DNA of 33,018 nucleotides from Patescibacteria group bacterium. GTDB lineage: Bacteria; Patescibacteriota; Patescibacteriia; XYB2-FULL-38-15. The position numbers and the translations under genes were made by a program. Of the stretch, positions 28,100-33,018 are shown piece by piece. The notes beneath the pieces were generated by a model. That model had not been told where the DNA came from and searched no databases. It worked only from the letters and a program-made list of their open reading frames with translations. The stretch covers positions 1-33,018 of the forward strand of contig JBMORR010000003.1 of the NCBI GenBank assembly GCA_049322595.1, read 5' to 3'. Each line of letters begins with the position of its first letter. Positions within the stretch are counted from its first letter, which is position 1.

Positions 28100-28462
28100 T
28101 TAGAATTTGAACAAGTCAGCGAACTTTCCAACAAGCGGAACTGGCTCTTGCTTGCCTCCCGCCGCGTTAACAATTCCCAAAATCACAAGAACTAAGAGGC
28201 CAAGTTGCAATAACCTTACAATCCAATAAAAACTAAACCACCAATACCAGGGAATCATCATACCGATCAACCAAATAATCACTCCGATACAGAAAAGAAC
28301 CAGACCCTGTTTCACGTGATACTTCACGAATGGATCTTTATGCGCTCCAACTAAAAGGGGAATAAAAAACAAGATATAGGCAACAATCGCCATGCCCGTG
28401 TTTTTTTCTCCACCCGCCGGCTTTGGACCCTCTGCCGGCATTTGCGGTTTTTGTTCGTCCAT
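28100..28462 (-). CDS. DUF4870-like small membrane protein
   Basis: 120 aa. The segment AIVAYILFFIPLLVGAHKDPFVKYHVKQGLVLF is typical of that family, and there are 3-4 TM helices. Confidence 0.6.
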   Translation of the reverse strand: MDEQKPQMPAEGPKPAGGEKNTGMAIVAYILFFIPLLVGAHKDPFVKYHVKQGLVLFCIGVIIWLIGMMIPWYWWFSFYWIVRLLQLGLLVLVILGIVNAAGGKQEPVPLVGKFADLFKF

Positions 28463-28489
28463 AACATTTAAATTAATTTAAAAAATTTT

Positions 28490-29083
28490 TTATTGCATGA
28501 TACCTTCGCCAAAAATAACTATTGTTATCTCCTGCTCTCCAGCCTCGTAGGCTAAGGTATATTGTATATTATCTTTCGTCACCATCAAGGATGCGCTGCC
28601 TTCGTCAATTCCGCTTGTGATGACCGTATATCCTCTGGAAGTAAAAGCCGAGGTTAATTTATTTAAATCACTACCAGTGGCCGCTCTTTTAACCATAAAT
28701 TGCACCATGCCGGAATTTTCACCCATTCCAAGGTAATTATTTAAAAAACTCGATAATTTCATTTCTCCAAAAACTTCGCTGATTATCGGCCCAATATCGT
28801 TTTTGGCTTTTGTAACAAACGGTAAATCTGCCTGAATTTCTTCGGCGGCGTTAAACCTCTCTTCTGGCGTTAGCTCTCTCTCCGTCTCTTCTTCGGCTAA
28901 ATTCTCCATTCCTTCGGCAAATTTTTGTAAATCACTAACGTTTCCTCCTCCTAGCCCCGCGAGACCAGATAAAAATTGTTTGGCTAGCCGTTGCTCTTCG
29001 TAGCGCTGCCACGCAAAATACCCGCCGGCCAAAACTGCCACGGCTAAAATGACGATGACTGGAACTAAAACTTTTTTGTTCAT
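28490..29083 (-). CDS. N-terminally anchored hypothetical protein
   Basis: 197 aa with a single N-terminal TM helix, a charged linker and an alpha/beta C-terminal domain. I recognise no motif. Confidence 0.5.
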   Translation of the reverse strand: MNKKVLVPVIVILAVAVLAGGYFAWQRYEEQRLAKQFLSGLAGLGGGNVSDLQKFAEGMENLAEEETERELTPEERFNAAEEIQADLPFVTKAKNDIGPIISEVFGEMKLSSFLNNYLGMGENSGMVQFMVKRAATGSDLNKLTSAFTSRGYTVITSGIDEGSASLMVTKDNIQYTLAYEAGEQEITIVIFGEGIMQ

Positions 29084-29255
29084 AATTTTAAAAATTTACC
29101 TCGAAAAATAAATTAAGAGGGTTTTATTAATTTTTCCATTTTTTATTATAGCAAAAAATAAAAGAAAAAACCACAAACTTAGTTCTCTTGACTATAAATC
29201 TATGCTATAATGGATTAATTAATAAAAGACTAGAGTTAACTTGTTTTCTCTCATT

Positions 29256-30128
29256 ATGACTCAAAAAATTCGCAAAGTTATAATTCCCGTAGCTGGTTAC
29301 GGGACCCGATTTCTCCCCGCAACCAAAGCCCAACCAAAAGAGATGCTGCCCGTCGTTGATAAACCGGTTATCCAATACATTGTTGAAGAGGCCGTTGCCT
29401 CGGGGATTAGTGACGTAATTTTGGTAACTGGCGCTTCAAAACGCGCAGTTGAAGACCATTTTGACTATAACTTTGAATTGCAAAATTGGCTTAAAAAACA
29501 AGGCAAAGAAGAAATGCGCCAAGAAATGAAAAGAATTGCCGACTTAGCCAATTTTATTTATATCAGACAAAAAGGCCCATACGGCAATGCCACGCCGGTA
29601 ATGAACTGTCGACAAATCATAGGAAATGAACCCTTTGCCGTTCTTTCGGGAGATGACCTTATTTTGAACGATAAAAAACCTCGGCTAAAACAACTTATTG
29701 AAACTTACGAAAAATATACTGATCCGGTAATAACGGCTATTAAAGTTACAAAAGAGGAAACAAAAAAACACGGTATGCTCGACGCGCAGAGAATAGAAAA
29801 AAATATTTACCAAGTTAAAAAAGTGGTAGAAAAACCAGGTCCAGAAAAAACCCCCTCGCTTTTAGCCACGCTTTATGGCTATGTTTTAACGCCAGACATT
29901 TTTGACGAGATGGAAAAATTAAAGCCAGGCGCTGGCGGAGAATTCTGGTTGCCAGAGGCAATTGATAGTTTGCTGAAAAAACGACCAATCTACGCCTGCG
30001 AAATTGACGGTACCTACTACGATTGCGGCTCAAAAATTGGCTGGCTGAAAGCCAACGTGGATTTAGCTTTGGCCCGCAAAGATTTAAAGCCAAGTTTTTC
30101 CAAATATTTGAAAAAGTTAAAAGTATAG
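29256..30128 (+). CDS. galU: UTP--glucose-1-phosphate uridylyltransferase
   Basis: KVIIPVAGYGTRFLPATKAQPKEMLPVVDKPVIQYIVEEA is the GalU signature. I prefer the ATG at 29256 over the TTG at 29241. Confidence 0.9.
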   Translation: MTQKIRKVIIPVAGYGTRFLPATKAQPKEMLPVVDKPVIQYIVEEAVASGISDVILVTGASKRAVEDHFDYNFELQNWLKKQGKEEMRQEMKRIADLANFIYIRQKGPYGNATPVMNCRQIIGNEPFAVLSGDDLILNDKKPRLKQLIETYEKYTDPVITAIKVTKEETKKHGMLDAQRIEKNIYQVKKVVEKPGPEKTPSLLATLYGYVLTPDIFDEMEKLKPGAGGEFWLPEAIDSLLKKRPIYACEIDGTYYDCGSKIGWLKANVDLALARKDLKPSFSKYLKKLKV

Positions 30129-30132
30129 TTTT

Positions 30133-31527
30133 ATGAATAAAAAAACTTTATCAATTTTTCTTCTCCTGACATTCATCGTTACCGCCGGTCCAGTTTGTAA
30201 GGGGACCCCGCAAGAAGCTCTTGAGGCAATGAAACCAGTAAATCTCGTTTATTGGCGTGTTTTTGACGATCAAGACGCTTTTGATGAAATTATTACTGCC
30301 TACAAAGCGGTCCATCCCAATGTTTCAATTACTTACCGAAAGTTGCGCATGGAAGAATACGAACAAACTCTTTTAAATGCCCTAGCCGAAGACCGCGGGC
30401 CAGATTTATTTTCTATCCCGAATACTTGGGTCCGCGAATATCAAACAAAAATTCTGCCCATGCCGAAAACAATTACTCTGCCTTACCAAGTAACAACGGG
30501 CACAATAAAAAAGGAAACTACAATCCAGCTGCAAACCGCCTCAACTCTTTCTCTTCGGGCGCTTCGAACCGATTTTATGGATCAAGTGGCAAAAGATGTG
30601 GTTTTAAAATATCGAGCAGCGGAAGACCAACCCGCAGAAGACCGAATTTATGGCCTCCCGCTTTATCTTGATACCTTAGCGCTTTTTTATAATCGTGATA
30701 TTTTAAACGCCTCGGCTATTCCGGAACCCCCAAGATCTTGGACTGAATTTCAGGAAGATGTTAAAAAAATCGCAAAAATTGATAAGCAGGGAAATGTTTT
30801 ACAAGCGGGCGCGGCGATTGGCACAGCAAATAATGTTGAACGCGCGGCAGATATTCTTTCTCTTTTGATGATGCAAAACGGAACAGTTATGGCTGATGAA
30901 AGCGGAAATGCCACTTTTGCCGCCATGCCCGCGGGCGCAAGCCTTACTAACCCTCCGGGGGAAGACGCACTTGGTTTTTATACTGATTTCGCCTCGCCCT
31001 ACAAAGAGGTCTATACGTGGAATGACAATATGCCGAACTCACTTGAAGCATTTTCGACCGGCCGCACCGCCTTTTTCTTTGGCTATTCATACCATATCCC
31101 ACAAATTAGAAATCTCTCTCCAAAGTTAAATTTTGCTATTTCCAAAATGCCTCAAATTGAAGGCAATCAGGAAATAAATTTTACTAACTACTGGGTAGAA
31201 ACAGTTTCTACAAAAACCAAAAATCCAAATGAAGCTTGGGATTTTTTACAGTTTGCCGCTAAAGCAGAGAATGCTCAAAAATATCTAACGAAAACAAAAA
31301 AACCAACGGCACTTAGATCTCTTGTGGCAAGCCAGATTGAGGATCTTGATTTAGCAGTCTTTGCTTCAGAAGTTTTAACAGCAAAGTCCTGGTACCAGGG
31401 GATGGATGCGCCAGCTATGGAAAAAATCATGAATGAGATGATTGAAAATGTTGTCGCCGGGACACAAACCTTAAAAGAAGCGATTGGTTTGGCCCAGGGA
31501 AGAGTTAATCAAACAATACGGCAATAA
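30133..31527 (+). CDS. ABC-transporter extracellular solute-binding protein (family 1, sugar-type)
   Basis: 464 aa with a signal/anchor sequence and an SBP_bac_1-like pattern (LVYWRVFDDQDAF...GPDLFSIPNTWV...YGLPLYLDTLALFYN). No permease or ATPase gene is adjacent. Confidence 0.75.
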   Translation: MNKKTLSIFLLLTFIVTAGPVCKGTPQEALEAMKPVNLVYWRVFDDQDAFDEIITAYKAVHPNVSITYRKLRMEEYEQTLLNALAEDRGPDLFSIPNTWVREYQTKILPMPKTITLPYQVTTGTIKKETTIQLQTASTLSLRALRTDFMDQVAKDVVLKYRAAEDQPAEDRIYGLPLYLDTLALFYNRDILNASAIPEPPRSWTEFQEDVKKIAKIDKQGNVLQAGAAIGTANNVERAADILSLLMMQNGTVMADESGNATFAAMPAGASLTNPPGEDALGFYTDFASPYKEVYTWNDNMPNSLEAFSTGRTAFFFGYSYHIPQIRNLSPKLNFAISKMPQIEGNQEINFTNYWVETVSTKTKNPNEAWDFLQFAAKAENAQKYLTKTKKPTALRSLVASQIEDLDLAVFASEVLTAKSWYQGMDAPAMEKIMNEMIENVVAGTQTLKEAIGLAQGRVNQTIRQ

Positions 31528-31538
31528 ATAAATTTATT

Positions 31539-31985
31539 ATGTCGAAAAAATTTAAAATTCTAGTTATTTTGTTTGTCGCGGGTTATGGTTTACTTATTAC
31601 TCTTCCCGTTTGCGCCTCTTGGCCATCCACACCACTTTTGCCGCCATGTACTTCGAGTGGTAATTGTGGATTTAACGATTTTATTTTACTCGGTGTCAAT
31701 CTAACCAAAATGATTTTGGGGATAGTTGGTTCGCTTACTCTTCTTTTCTTTATTTATGGCGGAATTACTTTTATGCTGGCTGGAGGAAAATCGGAATCGA
31801 TTGATAAAGGAAAAAAAATTATTACCAACGCAGTGATCGGCGTGGCAATCGTGCTCGGCGCCTGGATAATTGTTAATTTTGCTATAGCCGCTATGACTGG
31901 TACACCGGTTAGCGACGTAAAAATATTCGGAACGGAAGACTGGTGGCGCACTCCAGGAGAAGAAAAAACTACGCCAACTCCATAA
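31539..31985 (+). CDS. VirB2/TrbC-like (CPR 'T4SS pilin'-type) small membrane protein, paralog 1
   Basis: 148 aa. A signal peptide and a short Cys pair (CTSSGNC) precede the core LLFFIYGGITFMLAGGKSESIDKGKKIITNAVIGVAIVLGAWIIVNF, which forms two TM helices around a charged loop. Confidence 0.6.
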   Translation: MSKKFKILVILFVAGYGLLITLPVCASWPSTPLLPPCTSSGNCGFNDFILLGVNLTKMILGIVGSLTLLFFIYGGITFMLAGGKSESIDKGKKIITNAVIGVAIVLGAWIIVNFAIAAMTGTPVSDVKIFGTEDWWRTPGEEKTTPTP

Positions 31986-31993
31986 TTTAAAAT

Positions 31994-32617
31994 ATGAAAA
32001 ACCCTCTCAAATTTTTAGTAGTAATTATTCTTTTTGTTTTAATCTTTTCCGCCCAAGAAGCGCTGGCCTTACGAACTTGTACGTCTGCTGCCGACTGTCG
32101 CGCTGGCGAAAATTGTACTGAATTATATAGTACTGGCCAATGCATTGACGGGGCAGGAGACAGAATTTATTATATTACCGGCCGCTGCAGCGGGATCGGA
32201 GCCGTTGCCTGTCCAAGCGGTTTTACCTGTCAGGATATTCCGTCTCGCGGAATGTATTGTATTACAAATGAGGCGGGGATGGCGTCCACAAGGTGTCCAG
32301 AGGGTCAAGAATTTAAAGATGGCGCTTGTCGGACGCCCAGTACTGCCACTACTGGCCCCGTAGAATTTACTTCCCCAATTGGAGCGGTTTCCCCGACTCA
32401 GCTCATCGGTAAAGCTATTAAAACTGTTTTGGGAATTTTAGGTGCCGTTGCCCTTTTAATTTTTGTTTATGGCGGCTTTGTCTGGATGACCTCCGGCGGC
32501 AGTCCGGAAAAAATAAAAACCGCTCGCACAACTTTGGTTTGGGCAGTTCTCGGCATGGCAGTGATTTTTTTAAGTTACGCCGCTGTTGATTTTGTCCTTA
32601 AAGCTTTTGGCGTTTAA
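31994..32617 (+). CDS. VirB2/TrbC-like pilin paralog 2 with ~100-aa Cys-rich ectodomain
   Basis: 207 aa. A signal peptide and a 12-Cys region precede the core LLIFVYGGFVWMTSGGSPEKIKTARTTLVWAVLGMAVIFLSYAAVDFV. Confidence 0.6.
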   Translation: MKNPLKFLVVIILFVLIFSAQEALALRTCTSAADCRAGENCTELYSTGQCIDGAGDRIYYITGRCSGIGAVACPSGFTCQDIPSRGMYCITNEAGMASTRCPEGQEFKDGACRTPSTATTGPVEFTSPIGAVSPTQLIGKAIKTVLGILGAVALLIFVYGGFVWMTSGGSPEKIKTARTTLVWAVLGMAVIFLSYAAVDFVLKAFGV

Positions 32618-32619
32618 AC

Positions 32620-33018
32620 ATGAAAAACTTTTTAATAAAAGAAAATTCTATTTTTATCAGCTTCTTTCTTTTATTTTTAGTCATTTTGCCAGCCGCTCTG
32701 CTTAATACGCCGACGGCTCGGGCTGCTTGCATTACGGCAACCGAATGCCCGTCCGGACAAATTCGTGGCGCTGGACCATGCGCCGATCCCGGACAAATTA
32801 ATTGCATTCCCGATCCAACTTCTTCGGGATCTACCGCGACCGGTTCGCCAGAAAAAATTGAGTTGGAAAATCCTCTCGGAGGCGGAACTGGCATAACCTC
32901 TGTCCCGCGCCTTATCGGCAATATTATAAAAACTATTTTAACCATCGTTGGCGCCCTAGCTCTTGGAATGTTTGTTTATGGTGGATTCACTTGGATGACT
33001 TCCGGCGGCAGTTCGGAA
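32620..33018 (+). CDS. VirB2/TrbC-like pilin paralog 3 (3'-truncated by window end)
   Basis: This ORF is not in the ORF track because it has no stop inside the window. My translation from the ATG at 32620 is MKNFLIKENSIFISFFLLFLVILPAALLNTPTARAACITATECPSGQIRGAGPCADPGQINC...GALALGMFVYGGFTWMTSGGSSE. It has the same core as paralog 2, so the antisense ORF at 32598-32945 is spurious. Confidence 0.55.
   Translation, partial: MKNFLIKENSIFISFFLLFLVILPAALLNTPTARAACITATECPSGQIRGAGPCADPGQINCIPDPTSSGSTATGSPEKIELENPLGGGTGITSVPRLIGNIIKTILTIVGALALGMFVYGGFTWMTSGGSSE

Noticed and set aside
32598-32945. 115-aa minus-strand ORF at the window end.
   Set aside because: It is antisense to a plus-strand ORF (32620 onward) that encodes a third pilin paralog with the conserved VYGGFTWMTSGG core.

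Overview
This is a low-GC bacterial fragment. Hand-counted 60-nt samples of ordinary regions give about 27-45% GC. Gene content and style look like a Patescibacteria/CPR-type genome, which is my inference from several traits: a 23S-5S rRNA operon with no 16S, 23S expansions, lamin-tail-domain surface proteins, VirB2/TrbC-like pilins, and mostly SD-less genes.

Contents in order:
- An EndoQ-like PHP nuclease and a GlmU-N-terminal-like nucleotidyltransferase.
- A minus-strand 23S-5S rRNA operon.
- A FecR-domain protein and a CHASE2 class III nucleotidyl cyclase, in one operon.
- A GC-rich two-gene cassette (orphan receiver plus a 4-TM protein) beside tRNA-Leu(UAG).
- A 1171-aa secreted protein with five LTDs, a PKD domain and an OB-like C-terminus.
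- tRNA-Gly, an acidic orphan ORF, and PolX.
- tRNA-Leu(UAA), followed by a GC-rich mini-islet holding a 72-codon Cys-rich ORF.
- ruvB and two small membrane proteins.
- SpoIID/LytB, a Wzx-like flippase, and an O-antigen-ligase-like protein.
- A GC-rich acidic putative lipoprotein, then tRNA-Ser(CGA).
- A half-size MFS-like protein and typA/bipA.
- Two small membrane proteins, galU, and an orphan ABC solute-binding protein.
- Three tandem VirB2/TrbC-like pilin paralogs, the last cut by the window end.

I found no CRISPR array, transposase, integrase, recognisable defence system or DGR.

The most unusual signals:
1. Three compositionally foreign cassettes (about 52-65% GC), each self-contained, SD-bearing and next to a tRNA gene.
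2. The tandem pilin paralogs, which carry divergent Cys-rich ectodomains.
3. The LTD/OB giant surface protein.
4. Structured expansions in 23S domain I.

None of these amounts to a clearly defined novel multi-gene system on sequence alone. All protein family calls rest on motif recognition by eye, not on searches.
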